From Phoronis australis (lineage: Eukaryota > Animalia > Phoronida): 64,000 nt of DNA. The notes beneath the pieces are model-generated. The model made no database searches. It was not told the DNA's origin and worked only from the letters and a program-made list of their open reading frames with translations. Positions 13,331 through 26,411 of the stretch are shown in pieces (the stretch's first letter is position 1; the number at the start of each line of letters is the position of its first letter). The position numbers were made by a program, and so were the translations under genes. The DNA lies in NCBI GenBank assembly GCA_002633005.1, contig NMRA01000265.1, forward strand, positions 62,001 through 126,000, written 5' to 3'.

Positions 13331-13970
13331 GGCGTCACAACAGGACACAAGAGATATTAACAGCACTTTCAACTACCTTTCTATTGCCAGTAGATGTGGA
13401 CTGGTACGGGGTTATTTTAATAATGATACCATCCAGTTGTCTCCTGTATATCAACTACTATCGCTACTTTATCTCAACGTATGTTTGCCCAAGGCTGATT
13501 CTAATTCTGCATACCAACTAGGGATAATCACTGGTTGATCTTATCACGCACAACGTGACATCATTCCCAATCGTCATCACGAAATCGGACCATCGTGCTG
13601 ATGAGACCATGCTGCAAAACGCAGGGTCTGCGACAGAGTTAGCTATCCCAGGGACTTCAATCGATAACAAATCCAATTGTAAACGCCAGATATTTTAGAG
13701 AAAGTGATAAGATAAACAATCAGAACTACCTTCACCAGGTGACACTCGTCTAAGGTATTCGTAATCTCGTAAGATGGCCAGTTCTATAACCATGTTTACA
13801 AACACACTTCTATCCACAGGACGTGATTGAAGTCTCCAGTAGCCAGTCAGCTACTCCACTTTACACAAGTCCAGCACTGATGAATGACCAAATCGAAATG
13901 ACCCAAGCCTGTTTACTTCACTCTTAACCACAGGTTTCTATCCTCATAACATCTTTTCAGCTTGCCCAGT

Positions 13971-14029
13971 GGGCGGAGCCTAGCTATTGTGAACTACTGG
14001 GAACCACATTCCGCAAGCGTTCTCATTGG
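13971..14029 (-). promoter_or_regulatory. GC box and CCAAT box, possible internal promoter
   Basis: GGGCGGAGCC at 13971-13980 and CCAAT (minus strand) at 14025-14029, about 650 bp upstream of the candidate exon at 13330. Confidence 0.3.
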
Positions 14030-14959
14030 TAAATAACTTTCTATTGCACAACCAAGAAATGCCAATTCAGGTGCGAAGCCCCTGCACAAAAACCTCATGC
14101 AAACAGTATTAATGAATAAACTAGAGTTCAACTCACCACAGGCATGTAAGGCCTTTGTCAATGCAAAGAATTTGAGCTGATAATCTAGATCACATAACAC
14201 ATCGATTAAAAAACCATGATGAAAAATCCTAGGAACAAATGAAACAAAACAGGCCCAAATTCAAAAGCTGTAGAACAATTTTCCACCTTCTACGAGGGAA
14301 ATGAAGTGAGTGATCACCTATCCTCATACCCCGGGGTAATCACAGGATGTCATTAAATAGTCAAATGGGCAAAATACAATGACAGGATGGTCCGCACATC
14401 CTTGACTGTGGTAGAAGATGGGTAACAAGCTATAATCACTGAGGTGACGTACATTCACAGTGAAAGAGTTCAGCAATCCATGTGCCTTCTAAATATCAGC
14501 AATAGAATAATGTCGTAGAGGATAATCTTACACAAGCTACCACGAAATGTCACCAACTTAGGACACAACGTGACGGAAAAGTCAATTCTTCATTTTCCTT
14601 CCGATTAGCGCCTTACCATCTTTTCATTTTCATAGACAACATTAGAGAAATGTTAGAGGGTCTTGAGAACTATATAAAAACAATTTTGGCAATTATGGTT
14701 CTCTGAAGATGGAGAGGTTTTACAACATCGAAACAGAATGAACGGTAAAATTTCCTCAAATTTGCACAAAAATAATTGCCGTTCTTCCAATGCAATTCCT
14801 TTGAAAATTTCGATAAATTGATATCTCACAGTCCCGCCAGATTGTACACTAAATTGAGAAACTACTGTACGCTAACACAGTGATGCCAGATTGCATTACA
14901 AGAGACCCTGGAGTTCCCCCAGGCACGCACTCACACTCACACTCACAACCGACACATAC

Positions 14960-15029
14960 CTATTAGAGGGTACGGGCAATCCTCCTTTCCTGAAACCACC
15001 CACAACTGAAAGTCCTTTGCGTCTCCATC
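14960..15029 (-). CDS. ARHGAP20: RA-domain exon (DGDAKDFQLWVVSGKEDCPYPLIG)
   Basis: Resembles recalled ARHGAP20 YQLWVNSGKEEAPYPLIG. Acceptor tttccag|, donor G|gtatgt; 70 nt, phase 0 to 1. Confidence 0.92.
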
Positions 15030-18000
15030 CTGGAAATAAAAAGAGACTAGATTAGTAAGAAAATCAAAAAGATAACATAAAAACAAACACCCCCATTATC
15101 ATAGGCTACCACTTAGTGTATCTCCAAGCTTTCAGTTTATGTATACATATCAAATTCCTCAATGGTATGATCTAGCAGTCTGAGCACCTGTTCTTTGACA
15201 CTTTTTCATTTCACAGAAAAGTAAACTCACAGAAAAATGTCGCTTTGGTTTGTAAAACAAGCTATAGAAGCGTGGCTTCTTCGCCATAATAATCCAACCC
15301 CTCAGTGCAGATCTGATAACGATGAATGACACGTTCAGACCTCCCGCTACCAGATAAAGCTTCCAATATCTCTGACCTCTGATGAACCATCTGGTGTCAA
15401 ACTGGTAAACTAATGTGAAGTGAAACAACACAGGTCTTGAACTTCTGCGGGCAATGATAAGAGAGTACTGCTACACTTGAGCATCATGGATTGGTTTGTT
15501 TGACTTGAGCCGTGATGACGCTACTTTCTCGGAATGGTAAACAATTTTGTTGTTTTGAGACATTGGCATTTCATTGGGATTGACAAATTCTGTAATCTTT
15601 ACGTAATAAGACCAACACTGTGTCACGAAGGAAATAAACAGTTGTGCGCTGTTTAATAAAAACATGCAATAAAATTAAAATCTTCATATTCAAAACAGAA
15701 TATACTGAAAGCACAGCAATAATTCCGGCAAATAACATACGGTAAAATGACACCAATTTCAAACAAAAATAATTGCTGATATTGCACTTTAAAAAAAAAC
15801 AATGTTTTCAAACGTTGTTGTGAGTGGCCAAACTTCTTCAAAATATTTTCTGTTGTTAGCTCTGGTACAGACCTTAAGTATTGGAGAGCATCCTATCATT
15901 TATGAAAAGAATGAGAAAGCACATTTTCACCTGGTCGACACATTGCATCTTAAACTGACGAGATTTTACCTAAAGTATTTTTTTTTTCTTTGCTCTGGTT
16001 TCATTTTACCATTTTTAACCAATGAAGACTTCTTTTCTTTTTTTCTAGTGAGATTCAATGTATGAGGAAGAGGAAATAACATTGAGACTACCCGTACATA
16101 TAACCATTTCTACCAGATCCCAATGGTATGGTAAATAAAAAACCTGAAGAATGTGTACATTCTTAATGTTTGTAATGACCTTAACTACAATGGCCAAAAC
16201 CCAAGGTAGCCGTACTTTTCATAATATATACCTGAACAATGACACCTATTGAGGTGTGAATACCTCCTAAGCATGTCAAAAATGTAGCCTAATTTACATA
16301 CCCGTAACTTCAGTGTAACGACAAACAGTTGATAGAAAGTTCAATCCGGGGTAGGTCAGACATAAATGACAACATAAATTACAGTTTCAGCATAGCCTTG
16401 ACAGAAGTACAGAAAAAAAAATCACAATTTTCAGACAAAAATAATTGCTACATCCCCTTTTTATTTTTTCAGTAAGTGCCACAAATACTCACAGATGACA
16501 GTTGCAAATACAAATCCGACAAAAACTTTTTTCGTATTTACATCTGTTGAGAAATTCCACAACACCAAAGTTCAATATTTGACCAGAGGGCCCACAACAA
16601 AGAAAATAAACCAGGAATGCATACAAGACAGAATGAAAAAAGACAGCCTCAAGCTCACCATCAGAGCCTGAAGACAAGGAGTCAGGACTAGAATTTTATT
16701 TGGAAAAAAGATCACTTTTCTTTTTAATTCCGCTGTACAAACAAACGAAAAATCCTTGCAAGAAGTCTTTCACAAGAACCTATTTATTCTGACTCAGTTT
16801 TATAGCTTCAATAAAATTAGCATAAACATACAAGGAGAAAAGAACATTATCTCCATTAAATTAATATATGACCTTTTACAAGACCCAGAGGCGACCTTTG
16901 GCAACTTTCAAGATTTACTTTACTCTGCCGTTGTTAACTCCGAAATTCACCATTGTGTAGCACCCTAAAGCGATACATTTTACGGGTTTTAGCCATTCAG
17001 ATTACATAGTCAGTATAATAATATACACAGGAGTGCAGCCTGGGAGCAAACAACCGTTTAAAGTGCACAATAGGTACTACGTGACAGGCTTCTCATTTTC
17101 ACCTGTAAACACTGATAGCGAGCCCGACACTGACCAGAGACAGGTAAACATTGAGCCCAAGACTGTACTATTGGTTTAACCTTTACCTCAATGGCCAGGG
17201 CTGGACAAATTTTATCAATATCCTGCTGACACACAAGTGATCTGTGACATTTAATTGTAAACACTGCATCAAAGGGGGAACTGAAATAACTGCGGTCAGT
17301 GTGACAAGAACAGACAGACAACCTGAATCATGCTCAAGTCAAGAGTTCTTGAAATTTACCTCATCTTACTGATAGCAATACTGTGAACTTATGTGGATAT
17401 TGCTGACCTCAGTGTGTTAAGACAGACTACCAGTTTCACCTCAATTAAGAGTCCTGTGGATACAGGGGCCACCAAAATGCTTCAGTTGTTATCGCTTGAG
17501 CTGTGCGTAACTCTATCAAAGTGGACCGTATAGAAAACTTTAATTGATAAGTAAAGGAAACTAAATACTGACAACCCATTGCCAATCACTGGAAAAACAA
17601 CAAATTTACTCACTCTGTACATTGAAAACACATTGTCCGAAATTTGAGAAATACGGTGAATGTCAAAATCGCCCTAGACTCAAATTCCGAAATCAAGAAA
17701 AATCAATTTTCCCGGAAGTTCCCGAGTCCCATATTCTTGAGACTGTCCCAAATTGAAGAACTTTTATCATAGTATCATTCACATTTAGCTTCATATACAC
17801 TGCCTCTAAAAATAATCTCCATACAATTTTGTCTCCATCACACCGGCCAGTTCCACAATTCTAGTACTTGCCCTCTGTCACCACAGTGATGTAGTCATTT
17901 TGTCAGTTTATCTGCCCTGTGTACTATAGTTTATGCTTTCATGATTAATCCACACACTTCCTCCAAATAATGTTTCATGGTATTTCCAAATCACGAGAAC

Positions 18001-18693
18001 TCAAGCAGTGGGGTTAATTCATGACCCGTAAAACACGAACCATTACATTCAAATTCAAACAGCGTTGCACAATTTTCAACTCAGTAACAGGACAATTGGT
18101 GAATAAAAATCGTGTCTAGGTCACAAGCTAGCGATGAAATTTTATCTTTTCCTCACAATGAGCTTTCAACCATTCAACCTCAAGCTTGCCAGAATCTATT
18201 TTTAAACAATCGTAAATATCACAAAATGGAAAATAACTGGTCTCACTATAACACGGATTACTAGTGCATGACTAAGTAGGAGGGATGGTCCCAGACTAAG
18301 ATGAGTCTCATGATGTCAGTCAGCAACAGGCCAAGCCAATGACAGTATATGTCCAGTCATATATTACCTATAGCTGCTACACTTTACAGAATCTCAGATA
18401 TTTAGAATAACTGTATAAATTGCCCCATATTATAACCTAAGATAACACAGCAGTAAATTTTTTTACCAACCTAAACAACAACAATTTGTTTGTACACCAT
18501 CCTGACACAGGTAGCCAAAGTAACAAAACCTCTTGACACAATAGTTCACAATCCTGACCAAAGCAATCTAACGGGCAGCTGATAAACCATCACGGCTTGA
18601 ATAACACAGAACCCAGAGTCTGTTGGTCAAGTTCAGTTCATATTTATTCAATCAAAAGACTGACACGCAACAGAATGTTACTGAAATACTCAC

Positions 18694-18771
18694 CTGGATT
18701 TCAAACTCCTCCATGCACCTTTGAACACACTCCAAAACTTCTGTCGACTTTTCAACAGGGAACGACTTGGT
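18694..18771 (-). CDS. ARHGAP20: RA-domain exon (TKSFPVEKSTEVLECVQRCMEEFEIQ)
   Basis: Acceptor tctttctag|, donor CAG|gtgagt; 78 nt, phase 0 to 0. Fits the RA strand-helix pattern and bridges the flanking exons. Confidence 0.85.
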
Positions 18772-20083
18772 CTAGAAAGAAAAACATTGCAGAAAATATA
18801 ACAATAAAATCAAGAAAACTCAAAGTAAAAAGAAAGTCATTTTGTGTAATCTTTGAATTACATGAATTGGTACAATACGAAAATGATACAACAACATGTT
18901 CATCAAAAGAAATTACTTTATGAAATTTGCGTTTTCCAACATTCAGACATAATCCCAAAAGCATTTTTCCCCAGCCCGAAATCCCTGACAATGACACAGA
19001 GAGAGAGAGAGAGGCTGCTTTACAGGCAACACTGGTAAGATAATCATCAATACATCAGGTGCTGGTGGTGAATGAGTAATGCCAGGTAATAAGGGAAATC
19101 ACCAGGTACAAAGCAGGTGTAAACTAACAAATGACATGGCAAGAACAGGGCATATCAACAGGTGAAGGCACTGGAAGGGTTTTACCAGGTAAATTACAGG
19201 CTTTGTCATATCGTGACCAATAAAATTCAACCAGGGAATGTTGAGACACAAAAGGTCTAGACAAACGAAATTAGTAACACCCCCTGATGTCATGTACCAA
19301 CATATCCAATGTGATTAAAAAAATAATCAATATTAACAGGAAAAAATAACCTACATCTATAGTTTTCTGTCAGTGTACTTAAACCCCATCACTACCATCA
19401 CACCAAATGCCCTGTAAACAAACGCCCAACACAGAACACAAAAGACCCACCCTCACTTTCCGGTTAGTAACAAAACAATTACTCTGCCATTACTACATAG
19501 TTAATTCACCTTTGTCTATCCAGACAGCACAACAACTTTCCTGGCATTCCTGTTTACCAATAACCACTGGCCATGTGTTTGTGTGTATTTCTATGGGCCC
19601 TATTGAATTAGTTGAATGGGCCATTCTACACACTTGGCATTAGAGGACAACACAAAGGCATAATAGTCTCCAACCCAATAACACTGCATGAGCCTACACA
19701 AGCAATACAAATACTGGAGTGTAGATACAATAGAAGGCCACCACTGTACAATTGACTTGTTTATACTGGGGAAAACAAGCATATTATCCCCAACAATATC
19801 AGGAATTTGATATCAACAAACAAGTAATCTATATTCACTTGCTCTTTTGACTTAATCTGCTGATAAAGGTATCCCTTTTGTCTTGGAAAATTGCCCAGTT
19901 TTCCAGTATTCAAGTGCACTTTGGTGTCACAATGATTTCCACTGGAACAAACTTTTAACTATACAAAACCCTTTCTGCGATATTGTTTACAGGAATTTGG
20001 TAATTAGCCATATAAAAGCCATACAGAAGGTACTCCTACATATGGAAATTTTGCTTTTGTGAAAATTTTGTAAAAGGGTACCA

Positions 20084-20192
20084 TGCAATAGTCGGATATA
20101 ACGTGCCCACGTTTTGAGAACCAGTTTGATGCCCATTATTCAGTGGAGCAAAGTGGTTCTCAAAATTTGAGCACGCTATATATGACTATTAC
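20084..20192. mobile_element. Small palindromic MITE, copy 2 (opposite orientation to copy 1)
   Basis: Same 12-bp stem. Its loop is approximately the reverse complement of the copy-1 loop. Confidence 0.7.
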
Positions 20193-20564
20193 CCGGCACC
20201 AGAAATGACCTACTTATATCTACAAAACAGTTGCACCATTTTAAACGTCTAGCGCAGCATAAATATCAGGGAGCGAAATGATTGAGTAAAGATTACAACC
20301 AGAAAAATGCGATGATTGTAGGCCAGTTTGGGGGAAAGGTCGTCCCATAAAATAATACACTTAGAAGGGCACGTATTTTGATCTCTCGGGTGTCAAAATT
20401 TGGCGAAGCGAAATTGGTTGTGGCCCAACAACCCATGTTATGTTATCTACACAATGCATCGTCCCGGATTTCGATTTTACAGCGACATAATCCCAACCCA
20501 TCATACAAAGGAGAAATCTCTAAGAGGTAACTGATAAAGTTGCAAAGGGAGTGAAACCACATAC

Positions 20565-20652
20565 CTTGACTACTTCCTCTGTGTCTTTGCTCATCATCAC
20601 CTTCAACAGCACTGTTTCTGGTTCTTCTTTTGTCTTTTCTTCGCCAATTAGA
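20565..20652 (-). CDS. ARHGAP20: PH-to-RA junction exon (LIGEEKTKEEPETVLLKVMMSKDTEEVVK)
   Basis: Acceptor cttttcag|, donor AAG|gtatgt; 88 nt, phase 2 to 0. Confidence 0.85.
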
Positions 20653-22487
20653 CTGAAAAGAAATACCACCCACATTACCACTCACCTTGTATACTAACTT
20701 GAACACGAACGGTTGTCTGTACCGACTGCGGAACAAAAACACTTCGCAAGTGACCCATTTCACTAACTTTCTCTACTGCAAACCCGATAGAAAAGTATTA
20801 ATAATTACCTGAATTCTTTGCTATTCTAATAAAAATAAGTAATCTCAAGTATTGCCTCTAGTCGTTAACAGTCGGATGGAATAGCTCAACCATTTCCGCA
20901 GGCAGTACCAAAAACAGCAGCAACTGACTTGACTAACAAAGCCAGCTGCCTCTTCAGTAGCACTGAGAAACTGTTGACTGGTGATGTACAAGATTGTGTT
21001 TAACTGACCATGAGGCATTTTCAGGTCAGTGAATCCCCAAACAAAAATATGAGGTAAACTGTACCCTTGCCAAGAATGGATTGTTTTTGTGCTAATACCT
21101 GATCATTTTGATACCGAACCATAGACTCGAGGCGTCGGGAGAAATGAACACTATCTACAGTGTAACGGACACAATGGGAACGAAACCGACAGGACAGATT
21201 TTGTTGATGGTTCGTCCAGCGAGAGCCCCGCACAGAGGAAACAAGCAGTTTGTGGACTGTGCAGGACCAGAGTCAGGGTTCACCATTTGTCAAGTTATGG
21301 AACTGTGATATTGAAACAATTCTGAACCCTCAGCAGGTGGAATTGTTCAACTTTGAAAATGATGTATTGTCATTATTATGAGGGATTGTTAACATTAACT
21401 AATTGTTATTTTTAATGTATTAAAGTATAATGTCAATTGTTAAATTCACTGTGCCACTTCTATAAACATCAACAGCAGATGTATGAGAGCTACACTCACC
21501 TAAACTACTTTCCTGTGCTTATGGACACTCACAAAACAAAAGACAACTAAATCTCCCACTTCTAAAATTGTAGATTCACTCTGAGCCCTGAACAGTGAGA
21601 ATGATTCAGTCACAAACTCAGAGATATGAAGGGGACAAAACTGACCAGACCTCAATAAATTTGGTGACATAAAAATGCAACACATCTACACTTCGTAAGT
21701 ATAATGCTGAACAGTAAAGGTCAGTATTACTACTTAATTTATTCACAAGGCACAACAATCAGTCGATTTAATAAGTGTATTCAGTCATGTGTATCATAAC
21801 AATGCAGGTTACCTTGGTTGACCCCACAACAAACTACCAGTCAAAGGGTTATGCGGATTTACGAATCCTAATACAGTATGAGCATACCTTTCTACAACAA
21901 ACTGAACTTATATAATGAAACCATGAAAAATTTTGCGAATACATTGGCCAGCAGAAAAGTAACAAATGGTGTTTATCCTGGGATTGTTTAGACTCATTTG
22001 GTAATTTGACACTAGCAGTTGCATTGGTTTTGATAAAAAGTAACTTCTGTAACAGAATGGTAAAGTTTGTAGCCAACGCAAAACCTTGTGAAGATGAAAA
22101 TCCACACCACAAGTCCTGCAGAATGACTGCACAATAAAATAATTTTTGGAATCACTTCAACATGCTTGCGAGTCAAGGTCACTAACCAGGCATCTAACAG
22201 TCACAGCTTTTCTCCACCGTATTTCTTTGAGGAGCACAATTTCATCCGCCATACCCCTCAAAATCAATATCAAAACTGGGCTCGTGACCACCGCACTTTA
22301 TTGAAAATTGACCACTCGCTTGGCTCATTTCAACTGATCTTGAAAATTATACTCAACGCACATGGTCAATTTTCCACTACGATTTTGTGTTCAGGGCCCT
22401 GTTACTCGCATTCACCTGAGTGAGTAACAGCCAAAATCAAGCCCAACACTGCAGACCAACACACCACTATTGCAACAGTTAGCTTAC

Positions 22488-22682
22488 TTTTTCAGTTTTG
22501 TCAACCACTGCTCTTTGAGCTCCGACGTAGAAAACGAGGCGACCATGTTTGTCGTTGGCCAGCCAATGACGAAAGACTTGTCGTTGGTTTTTGACATGTC
22601 ACTGACATCATCGAGACACTGTTCGTTGATCCACATCTCGCATACCCGTATTCTGTGTTTTAACTTAAATGTTGTGTTTGAT
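22488..22682 (-). CDS. ARHGAP20: PH-domain exon (SNTTFKLKHRIRVCEMWI...SFVIGWPTTNMVASFSTSELKEQWLTKLK)
   Basis: SFVxGWPT is characteristic of the ARHGAP20 PH domain, with the C-terminal helix Trp. Acceptor tttttcag|, donor AA|gtaagc; 195 nt, phase 2 to 2. Confidence 0.93.
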
Positions 22683-24297
22683 CTGAAAAATCAATAAAGG
22701 CAGGTGTGAGAGGGAGACAGTGACCCCAATGATGAACACCTGTACAGGCCAATATCAAGGTTAATTGATTAAGTGTGTTGTGATAGCGATATCCCTCGTA
22801 ATGCATTCCATGAATCCTGTTCTGGAACGAACGGAGGTAAAATCTCACCAACTTAGGACACAATATGGTGGACACTTGACAGGTGAAATTTTATTTTCTC
22901 ATTTTTTGTAAATAATAAATAGTGCCACAGTCACGCTTTGCCATATTCAAATTGTGTACCATAGCTACCAACCAATATTTTGAAAACGTGACCATTCACA
23001 ACAGTGCAGGGTTTGGAATGATCATTGACAACAGAAAGAAAATTTTCCAGGTGATGTATCGTTCCATAAATAAATAGGCTAGTGGGACAGAAGTATTTTA
23101 TTGTGTTGTGAAATTAACTGAAATGAACGTTTTTGGATGATAAAGTAAAAATAATGATAAAGACACAAAAAGAGAAAACTGGAAACCAAATAAGAAAAAA
23201 TCGAAACCACAAAGAAGGAATCTTCTTGTATGAGGAAAATGAAAAAAGCACCATTTTGGCAATTATGTTTGTCTGAAATTGGTGAGACTCCTTATTTCCA
23301 TTACTTATCATATTACTTATGAAAAAATGTCCTGCTTGCCACTCAATTTTATCATGTCACCACGCCATAAATCAAACCCTTGCAAAGCCGACCTCACTTT
23401 TCAAGTGAACAACCATAGGTTCATGTTGCAAAGCGCAGTGCACCAATGCATGAATAACACTACACACTCGCAATGTGAGAATCTAAAGAGATTAATCTGA
23501 AGAAATCAAACAGATCACTAAAGTCAACGTGTTCATTCTATCGCGTACGGTAACCGAACGATCAGGTGCATTGTTGAAGACACGCAATTCTTGTCGTGAA
23601 CACCAGTTTACCATCAGTGGGTGCTGTTTTCTCTCTAAAAAACAGTGTCCACTCGAAAAACTACAGAATATCTGGAACAAGGCTAATTACTAAACACACA
23701 CCCACTTCAAAACATGAACGCCAGAGTACACAAGGATGATAATATCTTTAGATCTTCCTGGTCATAAGTTCAAACATCGTGTTTTTCCATCAAATAGCCG
23801 CGATATCAAATATAAACTCTTAACGCCACACTGAGAAGTGATTACCATGCAGCATAACATCCGTGTGTAAAAAATCTTTATTCTTACCTCTCAGCAGCTC
23901 TTTAAAAACAACATAAAACTACATCTTAAATACTATACCACAACAGAAATTAGCACACCAGTTGACTGACCGCAAGCCTTACACAACTGAATTTGACAAC
24001 GCGAAAATGAAATCTTTTAGTACCGTAATAAAGAAATTCATCCAAATCTTCAAAACAAAAATATACAGGGAGAAAAGTATAGTTTTATACCCATAGCGCC
24101 ATGCTTATATTATTTGCGCAGTTCACATTTAACCATTCAGTAAGCTTTTGGAAGATACAAAAATTGCAATTATTTCATTTCCAATTTTGATGAAACCTTA
24201 TTGTACCATCATTGTTATTTTCAGTACAATCTACATGGTACAGGAGTAACTCAAGTTTGTGACAAGAAGCTAGCACAATAAGACAATTGCGACTTAC

Positions 24298-24362
24298 TTT
24301 TGTTTTGCTATAAGCAGGATGTCATTAAATAAGAATAGATAGCGGTCCAATTTCTGAAGCCC
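24298..24362 (-). CDS. ARHGAP20: PH-domain exon (GLQKLDRYLFLFNDILLIAKQK)
   Basis: RxLFLFNDxLLxAK PH motif. Acceptor cttacag|, donor AA|gtaagt; 65 nt, phase 0 to 2. Confidence 0.93.
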
Positions 24363-25433
24363 CTGTAAGTTGAAGAATTACGAAGTTAAAAAGAATAAAA
24401 TACATTAAATCACATGACACCAAAACAATGTGTGGCCAGCAGACCATTCATTAGTTCAAGTTCCAGTATGAACAATCACAGATGACTAAGACTACAACTT
24501 GAGCGGACCAGTTTTTTTAAATGAAGCTTAATTTTAAACGAAGGGTTAATAGAATTTCGGCATTTGTGAAGTGACCAGATGGGAATGGGAACACAACTGT
24601 CACAAATTTTGTGTTGAATTATCAACCAGTAGCCAGCTGCACGAAACATTCCCCTTAATTTTCAGCTAATTTGTGGACTTGTTGTCGTTTCTTCCACTAC
24701 CTTATCTACATTGTTTCGTCAAGTTCTAGCTTTTACAGCTATCGAGATCAAACTCTATGATAAATTCTTAATGTCACCAAATACTAGGGACCTTTTCATG
24801 CAAAACCCCTTATCAAGGACTTAGTTTTCAGATATGTTATTAAAAAGTTACCAGTAAAAGAGGAACTCATAATGAAAACAAAACCCCAGAAAATATACCA
24901 TTGTAGAGTAAACAAAGTCTACAATGCCACTGAAAATTTACGGAACACAGCCGAGTCCCTCTAGTACAACTGGGCCCCTGACCACAAACTTTACTTGAGA
25001 CTTGACTAAAAAATTGACCAATCATATTGCGTGAAATCCGAAAAAATCCTCGAGTCTAGATTCAACAAAGCTTTGATAGTCATGTGATCTGTCAAGTTGT
25101 TAAAGCACCGCCACGAGACGGACAACTACAGAGAAAACGCCTCATTTTTGAAGGTTTTCTTCAGTTCCAAATGTTCAAAATGTCAGAAAAAAGTGAACAT
25201 TCAAGTCACAACTTACACCAAACAGAATTACAACAAAGTCATTTATGAAAGTGTTTCCAAGATATTAGAAAGCATAAAATTAATCAGTAGCCACTAGTCT
25301 GTTTCAAAATCAAGGATGCTACCACAGCGTAGATTATACATTAGATAATCGGTCTGAAATCAACACAACTGTCACAGAAATCTTCTTGCAAAGGCAATTT
25401 CAATTAAATCTCAAGTTATTCAGATAGTCTCAC

Positions 25434-25521
25434 CAAACTTAAATGCACAGCTCCCTCCATGATGTATAGTCTGTTGATGTTGTTGTTCACACGCGACAAG
25501 CAATTGCTTTCTCCATTTCCG
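25434..25521 (-). CDS. ARHGAP20: PH-domain start exon (GNGESNCLSRVNNNINRLYIMEGAVHLSL)
   Basis: RxxIxEGxV PH first strand. Acceptor atttttcag|, donor TTG|gtgaga; 88 nt, phase 2 to 0. Confidence 0.88.
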
Positions 25522-26319
25522 CTGAAAAATCCAGCCCCAGGAAGACCATTACAAAATGCCATACACACACGCTACAACTGAATACACTGGTATGAACCAC
25601 AGCCACTGGTGGGCAGAGACTGAAAGTTGTGCAAAGACACTGAGACTCAATTAAACTACACCTTGCTGGCATGAAGGTGTCGAATAGGTTAATGGTATTA
25701 GTTCATCCCAACGGCACTGAATTATATTATCAACTTTTGTTGATTTAACTTTTCAACAGGCAAAATTTTTAATTCGTTTTTCATGCTAATGGAACCACAA
25801 AATTAAATGTAAAATTGCGACAGCATGTTTGATAAATTTTAATCAACTTAAGTTCAGATTTCACTCGTTTTGAAATACGCATGTATCCTTTCAGAAAAAA
25901 AAACCGTACCACTTATCTCCTAATTAAGAGTTTGAAATCCAAGTAAACGCAGAAAAAGCTTGCTTGTGACGATAAGCCTCAAGTCAAATACTTTTACCAT
26001 TCATATTCGGGTGTAGACGGTCAGATTGCATCTAAAGACATTGATGCTTTTATGAAAAGTGGCGTCTGACTTGTGTCAGTGACTTTGGAAGAAGCCACGA
26101 ATCCTATCATAAAATACCATAAGATATCGAATGAATACAATTTGTTCATGTTATGACAAAACGAAAACACCAATGCATTTTCCCTAGGACACCATCCTTT
26201 ATCAGCTGGTATGTGAAACATGTTTTCTGCAAACAATGTAATTAAGGTGCATCATGAAACCAGAGCCGCAAACTGCAGCGAGAGTGCAGTTGTTAGTGGA
26301 CACCTGGGCAATGTCTTAC

Positions 26320-26411
26320 CTCACAGCAGCAACTTTAGTACGAGCACTTCCCAGAGATTTTAACAGAACAGCGCTGGGTGCTGAACGCCTCCGTTGTATG
26401 AGCTTGCTTTT
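26320..26411 (-). CDS. ARHGAP20: Exon KSKLIQRRRSAPSAVLLKSLGSARTKVAAV
   Basis: RRRSAPS motif as recalled from the ARHGAP20 N-terminus. Acceptor ttttcag|, donor AG|gtaaga; 92 nt, phase 0 to 2. Confidence 0.9.
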
